DNA of 32,000 nt, taken from NCBI GenBank assembly GCA_900234795.1, contig LT962688.1:4080001-4112000 (forward strand), in the 5' to 3' direction. The position numbers and the translations under genes were made by a program. The notes beneath the pieces were generated by a model. That model had not been told where the DNA came from. It was given only the letters and a program-made list of their open reading frames with translations, and did not search any database. Positions 24,319 through 32,000 of this stretch are shown piece by piece; position 1 is the stretch's first letter; the number at the start of each line of letters is the position of its first letter. The DNA comes from Methylorubrum extorquens (GTDB lineage Bacteria > Pseudomonadota > Alphaproteobacteria > Rhizobiales > Beijerinckiaceae).

Positions 24319-25520
24319 GCGTCCAGCACCCGCCCGTAGATCGCGGTGAGCCGGTCGAGATCCGCCACCGCCACCCGCTCGTCGGTCTCGTGCATGGTCT
24401 GTCCGACGAGGCCGAACTCGATCACCGGGCAGGCATCCTTGATGAAACGGGCGTCCGAGGTGCCCCCCGTGGTGGAGAGCGCCGGCCGCCGTCCGGTCTC
24501 GGCCTCAATCGCATCCGCCACCCGATCGACGAAGGCGTCGGGCTGCGTCAGGAAGGCGGGGGAGTTCGAGGGCTGAAGGTCGAGGCTGAACCGCACCACG
24601 TTGCCGGCCGCCGCCTCCAGCCGCCGCCGGATCTCGGCACCGAGGGTGTCCGCCGTCCAATCGTCGTTGAAGCGCACGTTGAACACGGCCTTGGCCGAGG
24701 CCGGGATCACGTTGGTGGCCGGGTTGCCGACATCGATCGTCGTGAATTCGAGGTTCGAGGCGTCGAAATGCGCGGTCCCGCCGTCGAGGGGGTCGGCGGT
24801 CAGCGCCGAGGCGAGGCGAAGCAGGCCGGGAATCGGGTTCTCGGCCCGGTGCGGATAGGCGACGTGGCCCTGGCGGCCGTGCACGGTGATGCGCCCGGTC
24901 AGCGAGCCGCGCCGGCCGATCTTGATCATCTCGCCGAGGGTGTCGGGGTTGGTCGGCTCGCCGAGCAGGCAATGGTCGAAGCGCTCGCCCCTCGCCTTCG
25001 CCCAATCGAGCAGCTTCACGGTGCCGTTGACCGCCGGCCCCTCCTCGTCGCCGGCGACGAGGAAGGCGATGGAGCCGCCAAAATCCGGCCCGTGCCGGTC
25101 GAGGAAGGCGAGCGTTGCGGCGAGCATGCAGGCGATGCCGCCCTTCATGTCCACCGCGCCGCGCCCGTAGAGGAAGCCGTCGGCGACGTCGCCCGAGAAC
25201 GGCCCATGGGTCCAGGCCTCCGTCTCGCCGGGCGGCACCACGTCGGTATGGCCGGCAAAGACGAGGACCGGCCCTGCGGTGCCGATCCGAGCGTAGAGGT
25301 TTTGGATGTCCGGCGTGCCGGGCTCGGAGAAGACGGGACGCTCGACCGAGAAGCCCGCCCGCGAAAGACGATCCGCCAGGAACGACAGAGCCCCCCCCTC
25401 CTCCGGAGTCACGGAGGGGCAGCGGATCAGTGCCCGGGCGAGGGCGAGGGGGGAATGGTCGGACAAGGGCGGCACCGGTGGCTCGGGAAAGATGGCTCGG
25501 GGAAGGACGGCTCCTCCCAA
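24303..25520 (-). CDS. dapE: Succinyl-diaminopimelate desuccinylase (M20 metallopeptidase)
   Basis: Motifs [27 protein letters not shown] and a C-terminal SDARF. The start is uncertain. TTG 25520 has GAGGGA 6 nt upstream; the alternatives are GTG 25475 and TTG 25466, and the last would match the usual short N-terminus before [12 protein letters not shown]. Confidence 0.9.
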   Translation of the reverse strand: MGGAVLPRAIFPEPPVPPLSDHSPLALARALIRCPSVTPEEGGALSFLADRLSRAGFSVERPVFSEPGTPDIQNLYARIGTAGPVLVFAGHTDVVPPGETEAWTHGPFSGDVADGFLYGRGAVDMKGGIACMLAATLAFLDRHGPDFGGSIAFLVAGDEEGPAVNGTVKLLDWAKARGERFDHCLLGEPTNPDTLGEMIKIGRRGSLTGRITVHGRQGHVAYPHRAENPIPGLLRLASALTADPLDGGTAHFDASNLEFTTIDVGNPATNVIPASAKAVFNVRFNDDWTADTLGAEIRRRLEAAAGNVVRFSLDLQPSNSPAFLTQPDAFVDRVADAIEAETGRRPALSTTGGTSDARFIKDACPVIEFGLVGQTMHETDERVAVADLDRLTAIYGRVLDAYFSS

Positions 25521-25525
25521 CCCTG

Positions 25526-25634
25526 TCCCTCATCCTGAGGTGCCCGCGTCAGCGGGCCTCGAAGGATCTTCCAGCGTCCGGGCGGCTTCTGGAGGATCCT
25601 TCGAGGCTGCTCCGCAGCACCTCAGGATGAGGGA
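25526..25634. repeat. 109-bp compound palindromic intergenic element (REP/MITE-like)
   Basis: Outer arms are 18 bp and perfect: TCCCTCATCCTGAGGTGC (25526..25543) / GCACCTCAGGATGAGGGA (25617..25634). Inner arms are 19 bp with one T-G: GCCTCGAAGGATCTTCCAG (25556..25574) / CTGGAGGATCCTTCGAGGC (25589..25607). The central loop is 14 nt. Confidence 0.75.
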
Positions 25635-25740
25635 GCGGGTGGGAAACAGCGGCGATCGTCGAAGGGGTAAGCCGTAGCACGCACCTGCTCCGCGCGCAGC
25701 AAGCCCCCGACCGCTTCCGCTCCCCGCCCAAGCGGCTTAC

Positions 25741-26568
25741 ATGGCGCGCATGGCCCTCAACTCCGAAGAGATTGAACGCTACGCCCGCCACCTCGTCCTG
25801 CGCGAGGTCGGCGGCCCGGGTCAGGCCCGGCTGAAGGCGGGGCGCGTGCTCGTCATCGGCGCGGGCGGGCTCGGCGCGCCGCTGATCCAGTATCTCGCCG
25901 CCGCCGGCATCGGCACGATCGGCATCGTCGACGACGACACCGTTTCGCTCTCGAACCTGCAGCGGCAGGTCATCCACGGCACGCCCGATATCGGCCGCCC
26001 GAAGGTCGAGAGCGCGGCGGAGGCCGTGGCCCGGCTCAACCCGCATGTGCATGTCGAGACCCATGCCTGCCGCCTGACGCCCGAGAACGCCCCTGCCCTG
26101 CTTGCCGACTACGATCTCGTGGCCGACGGCTCCGATAATTTCGCCACCCGCTACGCCGTCTCGGATGCGTGCTTTGCCGGCAAAAAACCGCTGGTGACCG
26201 CGGCGCTCGGCGCCTTCGACGGTTCGCTCACCACGATCCGCGCGCACGAGACCGGACCGACGGGCGAACCGAACCCGACCTATCGCTGCCTGTTCCCGAG
26301 CCCGCCGCCGCCGGGCAGCGTCGCGCCGTGTTCCGAGGCCGGCGTGCTCGGAGCACTCGCCGGCGTGATGGGCTCGCTGATGGCAATGGAGGTGATCCGG
26401 GCGCTCGCCGGTTTCGGCGAGCCCCTGGTCGGGCGCCTGCTAATGGTGGATGCCCGCTCGATGCGCTTCGAGACGCTGGCCTATGCCTGGGATCCGGACA
26501 ACCCGCTGAACGGGGTCAGGACAGGCCCGCCAGCCGAGCCGGCGGGGCACCCGCTTCCGCCGCGGTGA
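25741..26568 (+). CDS. moeB: HesA/MoeB/ThiF-family adenylyltransferase (MoeB-like)
   Basis: 275 aa. Motifs [19 protein letters not shown], the Rossmann/ATP loop [18 protein letters not shown], and [10 protein letters not shown]. Confidence 0.85.
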   Translation: MARMALNSEEIERYARHLVLREVGGPGQARLKAGRVLVIGAGGLGAPLIQYLAAAGIGTIGIVDDDTVSLSNLQRQVIHGTPDIGRPKVESAAEAVARLNPHVHVETHACRLTPENAPALLADYDLVADGSDNFATRYAVSDACFAGKKPLVTAALGAFDGSLTTIRAHETGPTGEPNPTYRCLFPSPPPPGSVAPCSEAGVLGALAGVMGSLMAMEVIRALAGFGEPLVGRLLMVDARSMRFETLAYAWDPDNPLNGVRTGPPAEPAGHPLPPR

Positions 26569-27391
26569 GGCAGCACTTCTTGTACTTCTTGCCCGAGCCG
26601 CAGGGGCAGGGATCGTTGCGGCCGACATCCTTGAACGGGTTCTTGACCGGCTGGCCGTAGGATTCCGCGGTCCAGCCCAGCGCGCCGACCGGATCGTCGA
26701 GATAGGTGTAACGGTGGGCATCGAAGGCGCTGAGGTCCGGCGGCGCAGCGCTCGCCTGCTTGAGCGCCTTGCGGAACCACGGAAGGTCGCTGAACTCGTC
26801 GGTGATGCGACCGTCGCGCCGGGCCGCCTCCACCCGCGGCGCGAGCGCCTTCAGCCCGAGATAGGCGACCGCCTCTTCCCAGCCGATCCAGGCCGGTGCT
26901 TCCTCGACCGCCGCCCGCGCCTCGTCGAAGCGCACGAGCAGCGCTTCCGCCTCGTCGAGCGGAATCCGGCCCTGGCGGGTCAGGAAGCCCAAAGCCGCGA
27001 AGGCCGCGTTGCGCAGGAAGTCGTCGGCGGTGCTGTCGAGGATCAGCCGGGCGAGCGCCGCGGTGTCGCCGTCGAAGGTCGAGGCGATCACGGCCGGCAG
27101 CGTCTCGGACGAGGCGTCGCCGAGAAGCCCGTCGACCGCCTCGCCGTCCTGGCGCATCAGGCGCATCAGAAGCGGAAAGACCCGCGTGTCGCGCGCGGCG
27201 GCCAGGGCGTGCAGCCCCCAGAACAGGAGGTTGGTCTCCTCGTCCGCGATCGCCTCGGCATCCTCCGCAGCCCGCCCGAGCAGGGCGAGCACGGGTTCGG
27301 CGACCGCCTCGGGATTCTGGGCAGCCCGCTTCAGCGCCTCGGCCGGGAGATGGTTCTCCTGCGTGAGATCCGCGACGAGTTCCGCATCCAT
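26516..27391 (-). CDS. SEC-C metal-binding-motif protein (DUF1186-like N-terminal region)
   Basis: 291 aa. ATG at 27391 preceded by GAGGGAG. Near the C-terminus is [17 protein letters not shown]. The N-terminal about 230 aa is acidic and helical with no motif I can name with certainty. Confidence 0.7.
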   Translation of the reverse strand: MDAELVADLTQENHLPAEALKRAAQNPEAVAEPVLALLGRAAEDAEAIADEETNLLFWGLHALAAARDTRVFPLLMRLMRQDGEAVDGLLGDASSETLPAVIASTFDGDTAALARLILDSTADDFLRNAAFAALGFLTRQGRIPLDEAEALLVRFDEARAAVEEAPAWIGWEEAVAYLGLKALAPRVEAARRDGRITDEFSDLPWFRKALKQASAAPPDLSAFDAHRYTYLDDPVGALGWTAESYGQPVKNPFKDVGRNDPCPCGSGKKYKKCCLTAAEAGAPPARLAGLS

Positions 27392-27416
27392 GGCCGTCTC
27401 CCTCGGTCGAACTCGA

Positions 27417-29840
27417 TCAGGAGCGCAGGGTCGCGCCGGTCTTCTTCGACACCTCGGCGACGATCTTGGCGCTCACCGCCTCGATCTCCGCATCGGTGAG
27501 GGTGCGCTCGGAGGGTTGCAGCCGCACCGCGACCGCGACCGACTTCGACCCGTCCGGAATGCCGGCGCCCTCATAGAGGTCGAACACCTCGATCCCGGTG
27601 ATCAGCTTGCGCTCGGCGCCCTGCGCCGCCTTCAGGATGTCGGCGGCGGGCACGTCGCGGGGGACGACGAAGGCGAAGTCGCGGGAGATCGCCTGAAGGT
27701 CGGGCAGCACCAGGGCGGGCTTCGCCTTGGTCGGCCGGTGGCGCGGCAGCGGCAGGGAATCGAGGGTGATCTCGAAGGCCACCAGCGTGCCCTTGAGGTC
27801 CATCGCCTTCAGGAGCCGCGGATGCAGCTCACCGAAATGGCCGACCACGTTCTTCGGGCCGAATTGCAGCGTGCCCGAGCGGCCCGGATGCAGCCAGTCG
27901 GGCCCGCCGGCCACGATCTGGAGCCCGCCGGTCGGCACGCCGAGCGCCGCGAGCAGCGCCAGCGCGTCGGCCTTGGCCTCGAAGGCATCGACCGCTTCCG
28001 CCGCGCCGCTCCAGTGGCGCCCGGAGCCGGCATGGCGCGCCGTGCCGCGGCGCAGGCCGGTGGCGCGCAGGCTCTGGCCCTCCGGCTCGTCGCTGGCGAA
28101 GCACTGGCCGACCTCGAACAGGGCGGTGTCGGGGAAGCCGCGGTCGGCGTTGCGCTGCGCGGCCCGCAACAGGCCCGGCACGAGGCTCGGGCGCATGTCG
28201 GAGAGGTCGGCGGCGATGGGGTTGGCGAGCGCCAGATCCGCTCCGCCGCCGCCGAACAGCTGGGCATCCTCGTGCGCGACGAAGGAATAGGTCACCGCCT
28301 CCAGCATGCCGCGGCCCGCCAGCGCTCGCTTGGCGAGGCGGCCGCGCCGCTGCAGCACGGTGAGCATCGGCTCGACCGCCACCGTCTCGACGCGCGGCAG
28401 CGGCTTCGGCTCGATCCGGTCGAGGCCGGCGATGCGCACGATCTCCTCGACGAGATCGGCCTTGCCCTCCACGTCCGGCCGCCAGGACGGCGGCAGCACC
28501 TTCACCCGGTCACCCGAGCCGGAGATGTGGAAGCCGAGCGACTCCAGCGTCACCTTCATTTCGGCCCGCGACAGCTCGATGCCGGCCAGTCGCCGCACCT
28601 CGGTCCAGGGGAAATCGATGACGCGGTCGAGATCCGGGATCTCGCCGGCGATGCGCGCCTCGCTCGGGCTGCCGCCGCACAGGTCGATCACGAGGCGGGT
28701 GGCGAGGTCGAGCCCCGGCAGGGTGAAGGCCGGATCGACGCCGCGCTCGAAGCGGTAGCGGGCATCGGTGATGATGCCGAGGCGGCGGCCGGTGCGGGCG
28801 ATGTTGCGCGGGTCCCAGAGCGCGGCCTCGATCAGCACGTCGGTGGTGGTCTCGTCGCAGCCCGAGGCCTCGCCCCCCATGATGCCGGCGATCGACTTGA
28901 CGCCGTTGCCGTCGGCGATCACCACCGCCTCGGAATCGAGCCGGTAGGTCTTGCCGTCGAGCGCGACGAGGCTCTCGCCCTCCTCGGCCCGGCGCACGGT
29001 GAGACCGCCCGCGACCTTGCGCGCGTCGAAGACATGCAGCGGTCGGCCGCGGTCGAAGGTCATGTAGTTGGTGATGTCGACCAGCGCGTTGATCGGGCGC
29101 AGGCCGATCGCCCGCAGGCGCTTCTGCATCCACTCCGGCGACGGCCCGTTCGTCACGCCGCGCACGAGACGGAGCGCGAAGAGCGGGCAGAGACCCTTGT
29201 CGTGCTCGTCGAAGGCCAGCGTGACCGGCACCGGGCAGGGCCCCTCGCCGCGGACCGGCGGCATCGGCTCGCGCTTGAGGGTGCCGAGGCCGGTGGCGGC
29301 GAGATCGCGGGCGATGCCGTGGATCGAGGTGCAGTCCGAGCGGTTCGGCGTCAGGTTGATCTCGATGACCGGATCGTCGAGCCCGGCCCAGAGGGCGTAG
29401 GGCGTACCGACCGGCGCGTCGGCGGGCAGATCGAGGATGCCGTCATGGTCGTCGCCGAGGCCGAGTTCCGCGCCGGAGCAGAGCATGCCGCGGCTCTCGA
29501 CCCCGCGGATCGTGCCGACCGACAGGGTGATGGCCTTGCCGGGCACGTAGGTGCCGGGTGGCGCGAAGACCGAGAGCATGCCGGCGCGCGCATTCGGCGC
29601 CCCGCAGACGACCTGAAGCGGCTGGCCGTCGCCGGCATCGACCTGACAGACCCGCAGGCGGTCGGCATTCGGGTGCTGCTCGGCCGAGATGACCCGCGCG
29701 ATCACGTAGGGGCGAAGCGCGGCGGCCTTGTCCTCGATGCCTTCGACCTCGAGGCCGATCCGCGTCAGCGACTCGGCAATCGCGTCGAGCGAGGCCTCGG
29801 TGTCGAGGTGGTCCTTGAGCCAGGAGAGGGTGAATTTCAT
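27417..29840 (-). CDS. pheT: Phenylalanine--tRNA ligase beta subunit
   Basis: 807 aa, starting [14 protein letters not shown]. The N-terminal tRNA-binding fold, B3/B4, B5 and C-terminal FDX-ACB regions are recognisable by length and similarity. Confidence 0.95.
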   Translation of the reverse strand: MKFTLSWLKDHLDTEASLDAIAESLTRIGLEVEGIEDKAAALRPYVIARVISAEQHPNADRLRVCQVDAGDGQPLQVVCGAPNARAGMLSVFAPPGTYVPGKAITLSVGTIRGVESRGMLCSGAELGLGDDHDGILDLPADAPVGTPYALWAGLDDPVIEINLTPNRSDCTSIHGIARDLAATGLGTLKREPMPPVRGEGPCPVPVTLAFDEHDKGLCPLFALRLVRGVTNGPSPEWMQKRLRAIGLRPINALVDITNYMTFDRGRPLHVFDARKVAGGLTVRRAEEGESLVALDGKTYRLDSEAVVIADGNGVKSIAGIMGGEASGCDETTTDVLIEAALWDPRNIARTGRRLGIITDARYRFERGVDPAFTLPGLDLATRLVIDLCGGSPSEARIAGEIPDLDRVIDFPWTEVRRLAGIELSRAEMKVTLESLGFHISGSGDRVKVLPPSWRPDVEGKADLVEEIVRIAGLDRIEPKPLPRVETVAVEPMLTVLQRRGRLAKRALAGRGMLEAVTYSFVAHEDAQLFGGGGADLALANPIAADLSDMRPSLVPGLLRAAQRNADRGFPDTALFEVGQCFASDEPEGQSLRATGLRRGTARHAGSGRHWSGAAEAVDAFEAKADALALLAALGVPTGGLQIVAGGPDWLHPGRSGTLQFGPKNVVGHFGELHPRLLKAMDLKGTLVAFEITLDSLPLPRHRPTKAKPALVLPDLQAISRDFAFVVPRDVPAADILKAAQGAERKLITGIEVFDLYEGAGIPDGSKSVAVAVRLQPSERTLTDAEIEAVSAKIVAEVSKKTGATLRS

Positions 29841-29904
29841 CTCAGAACATCCTCGCGGCCGCCGGAGCGGACCGGGCCGGGATCGAAAGTCAGGGCGGCA
29901 GGTC

Positions 29905-30984
29905 TCAGGCGGTCAAGCCGCCGACCAGGCTCGGCACGTCGATCGGCCGGAAGCCGTAATGCTCCAGCCAGCGCACATCCGCCTCGAAGAAGGGGCGCAG
30001 GTCCGGCATGCCGTATTTGAGCATGGCGAGGCGGTCGATGCCCATGCCGAAGGCGAAGCCCTGGACCTGATCCGGGTCGAGGCCGCCGCTGCGCAGCACG
30101 TTGGGGTGGACCATGCCGCAGCCCAGAACTTCCAGCCAGTCGGTGCCCTCGCCGAAGCGCAGTTCTCCGCCCTTGCGCGAGCACTGGATATCGACCTCGG
30201 CCGACGGCTCGGTGAAGGGGAAGAACGAGGGGCGGAAGCGCATCGTCACGTTCTCGACCTCGAAGAAGGCGCGGCAGAACGATTCGAGCACCCATTTCAG
30301 GTTGGCGATGTTGGCCGAGCGGTCGATGACGAGGCCCTCGACCTGATGGAACATCGGCGTGTGGGTCTGGTCGGAATCGTGCCGGTAGGTGCGGCCGGGC
30401 ATGATCACGCGGATCGGCGGCTGCTTGGCGCGCATGGTCCGCACCTGAACCGGCGAGGTGTGGGTGCGCAGGAGCTTGCGCCGCCCGAGATGGTCGGGGC
30501 GTAAGAAGAACGTGTCGTGCATCTCCCGCGCCGGGTGGCCTTCGGGGAAGTTCAGCGCGGTGAAGTTCAGCTCGTCCGTCTCGATATCCGGCCCTTCCGC
30601 CACCGAGAAGCCGAGATCGGCGAAGATCGCGGTGATCTCCTCGATGACCTGGCTGATCGGGTGGATGCGGCCGCGGATCTCCGGCGCCTCGCGCAGGGGC
30701 AGCGTCACGTCGATTCGCTCGGCGGCGAGCCGCGCATCGAGGGCGGCATTCGCCAGCGCCTCGCGCTTCTGAGAAATCGCGCCCTGCACCCGGTCGCGCA
30801 GGCCGTTGATGAGAGGGCCGCGCTCCTTGCGCTCGTCGGGCGTCATCGCGCCCAGCGTCTTCAGCAGCTCCGAGACGCTGCCCTTCTTGCCGAGTGCCGC
30901 GACGCGCAGGGCTTCGAGGCCGGCCTCGTCCCCGGCCTGCTCGATCTGCCCGAGAAGATCGCGTTCGAGAGCGTCGAGATCCAT
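29905..30984 (-). CDS. pheS: Phenylalanine--tRNA ligase alpha subunit
   Basis: Start at ATG 30984 (residue 104 of track ORF 29905..31293), giving [15 protein letters not shown] and 359 aa. Class II motifs [16 protein letters not shown] and [17 protein letters not shown]. Confidence 0.94.
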   Translation of the reverse strand: MDLDALERDLLGQIEQAGDEAGLEALRVAALGKKGSVSELLKTLGAMTPDERKERGPLINGLRDRVQGAISQKREALANAALDARLAAERIDVTLPLREAPEIRGRIHPISQVIEEITAIFADLGFSVAEGPDIETDELNFTALNFPEGHPAREMHDTFFLRPDHLGRRKLLRTHTSPVQVRTMRAKQPPIRVIMPGRTYRHDSDQTHTPMFHQVEGLVIDRSANIANLKWVLESFCRAFFEVENVTMRFRPSFFPFTEPSAEVDIQCSRKGGELRFGEGTDWLEVLGCGMVHPNVLRSGGLDPDQVQGFAFGMGIDRLAMLKYGMPDLRPFFEADVRWLEHYGFRPIDVPSLVGGLTA

Positions 30985-31102
30985 TACCGCTGTCCTTGGC
31001 CAGTCGTCCGGCGCTGCCTTCGCGCGTCGTTTGCATTCCTGCAAGCACGCGAAGGGGGCGGGCCGGGGCCGTCGGGCAGACATGCCCCGGCCGGAAATGA
31101 AG

Positions 31103-31131
31103 AAGGCGCGGCGCTTGCCGCGCCGCGCCTT
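31103..31131 (-). terminator. Stem-loop with a partial U-tract between rplT and pheS (terminator/attenuator candidate)
   Basis: AAGGCGCGGCGC-ttgcc-GCGCCGCGCCTT, a 12-bp perfect stem. On the minus strand it is followed by CTTCATTTCC. Confidence 0.45.
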
Positions 31132-31145
31132 GTCAGAGCTTCGAG

Positions 31146-31167
31146 CGTTCCGCCGTTCGGCGGAGCG
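31146..31167 (-). other. Stem-loop abutting the rplT stop codon
   Basis: CGTTCCGCC-gttc-GGCGGAGCG, 9 paired positions including one T-G pair, with a tetraloop. It ends 1 nt from the rplT stop (31169..31171). Confidence 0.4.
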
Positions 31168-31168
31168 A

Positions 31169-31534
31169 TCAGGCGGCCTTCGGCAGGGCCGACTTCGCCT
31201 TCTCGACGACGGCGGCGAACGCGGCCGGCTCGTGGATGGCGAGTTCGGACAGCGCCTTGCGGTCCACCTCAATGCCGGACTGAGCCAGGGCATTGATGAA
31301 GCGGGAATAGGTCAGGCCGTGCTCGCGCACCGCCGCGTTGAGCCGCTGGATCCAGAGGGCGCGGAAGGTGCGCTTCTTGTTCTTGCGGTCGCGGTAGGCG
31401 TACTGCAGACCCTTCTCCACCGCCTGCTTGGCGATGCGGATCGTATTCTTGCGGCGGCCGTAGTAGCCCTTGGCAGCCTTCAGAACCTTCTTGTGCTTCG
31501 CGTGACTGGTCACGCCACGCTTGACGCGGGCCAT
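31169..31534 (-). CDS. rplT: 50S ribosomal protein L20
   Basis: 121 aa, starting [30 protein letters not shown]. Confidence 0.97.
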   Translation of the reverse strand: MARVKRGVTSHAKHKKVLKAAKGYYGRRKNTIRIAKQAVEKGLQYAYRDRKNKKRTFRALWIQRLNAAVREHGLTYSRFINALAQSGIEVDRKALSELAIHEPAAFAAVVEKAKSALPKAA

Positions 31535-31586
31535 GGGAGATCTCCTGGAACGTTAAGACAAAACAGATCGCGAGGGGTGGAAGGAC

Positions 31587-31790
31587 TTACCGCTGGTTCG
31601 GCAGGAAGTACTTCTTCACGTTGGCAGCATCGCCCTCGAACAGGGTCGTCGTGCCGCGCAGGTTGCGGATCTGCTTGTTGGTCCGCTTGATCATCCCGTG
31701 GCGCTTGCCGGCCTGGGCGTACATCACCTTGCCGGTGCCGGTGATCTTGAAGCGCTTCTTGGCGCCCGACTTCGTCTTCAGCTTGGGCAT
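31587..31790 (-). CDS. rpmI: 50S ribosomal protein L35
   Basis: Start at ATG 31790 (residue 24 of track ORF 31587..31859), preceded by GGAGAG. Begins [21 protein letters not shown]; 67 aa. Confidence 0.95.
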   Translation of the reverse strand: MPKLKTKSGAKKRFKITGTGKVMYAQAGKRHGMIKRTNKQIRNLRGTTTLFEGDAANVKKYFLPNQR

Positions 31791-31909
31791 TTCGCTCTCC
31801 TGAACGCGACAGCGATCCGGCCGGCGGCCGGGACTTCGCGCTTGATGCTGCTGGAGCAACGGGAACCGCCACGGCAGCCCTAATCGGCCGGGCGGTTCGA
31901 CGCGGGCGG

Positions 31910-31938
31910 CTTATGGCAGAAACATCCGCCGGTTTCAA
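31910..31938 (-). promoter_or_regulatory. Candidate sigma-70 promoter for rpmI-rplT(-pheST)
   Basis: On the minus strand: TTGAAA (31938..31933), a 17-nt spacer, then CATAAG (31915..31910). This implies a 5' UTR of about 110 nt before the rpmI ATG. Sequence match only. Confidence 0.35.
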
Positions 31939-32000
31939 TCGATCGCGGACGCAACATTCGCCCTTGAGCGTTCGGCGGCGGCGTCAGGCGCTTTCGAGAG

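Noticed and set aside
27009-30020. 1003-aa plus-strand ORF, the longest in the window
   Set aside because: It lies entirely antisense to pheT and the pheS 3' end. Its composition (Arg/Ala/Gly/Asp-rich, no recognisable motif) is typical of stop-free antisense frames in high-GC coding DNA, and pheT on the opposite strand is unambiguous.

Overview
High-GC alphaproteobacterial chromosome segment. Gene order and protein sequences look most like a Methylobacterium/Methylorubrum-type Hyphomicrobiales genome, but that is inference and was not searched. The window is almost entirely core housekeeping. In coordinate order it holds: the 3' end of a heterotetrameric sarcosine-oxidase-family cluster (alpha fragment plus gamma); a secreted WG-repeat protein; a LOV blue-light hybrid histidine kinase; the complete minus-strand TCA block mdh-sucC-sucD-sucA-sucB-lpdA; a TetR regulator; an in-frame aroK-aroB fusion; rlmN; pckA; a stand-alone recR; a GT87/DUF2029-like membrane glycosyltransferase; def-fmt-truA; dapE; a MoeB/ThiF-family adenylyltransferase; a SEC-C-motif protein; and pheT-pheS-rplT-rpmI. 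I found no tRNA/rRNA, CRISPR array, transposase/integrase, phage or recognisable defence genes, and no compositional island. I do not see a convincing new multi-gene system here. The leads worth a second look are small-scale: (1) a canonical intrinsic terminator oriented against both flanking genes upstream of def, implying an unannotated minus-strand transcript; (2) aroK fused to aroB through an AT-rich, spacer-like linker; (3) a LOV-HisKA-REC photoreceptor kinase followed 59 bp later by a Cys-rich secreted WG-repeat gene; (4) a 109-bp compound palindromic REP/MITE-like element in the dapE/moeB divergent region; (5) unusually long, hairpin-rich spacers inside the TCA operon; (6) three convergent gene pairs whose 3' ends overlap. 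Many very long ORFs in the track are antisense or out-of-frame artefacts of GC-rich coding DNA and were rejected.
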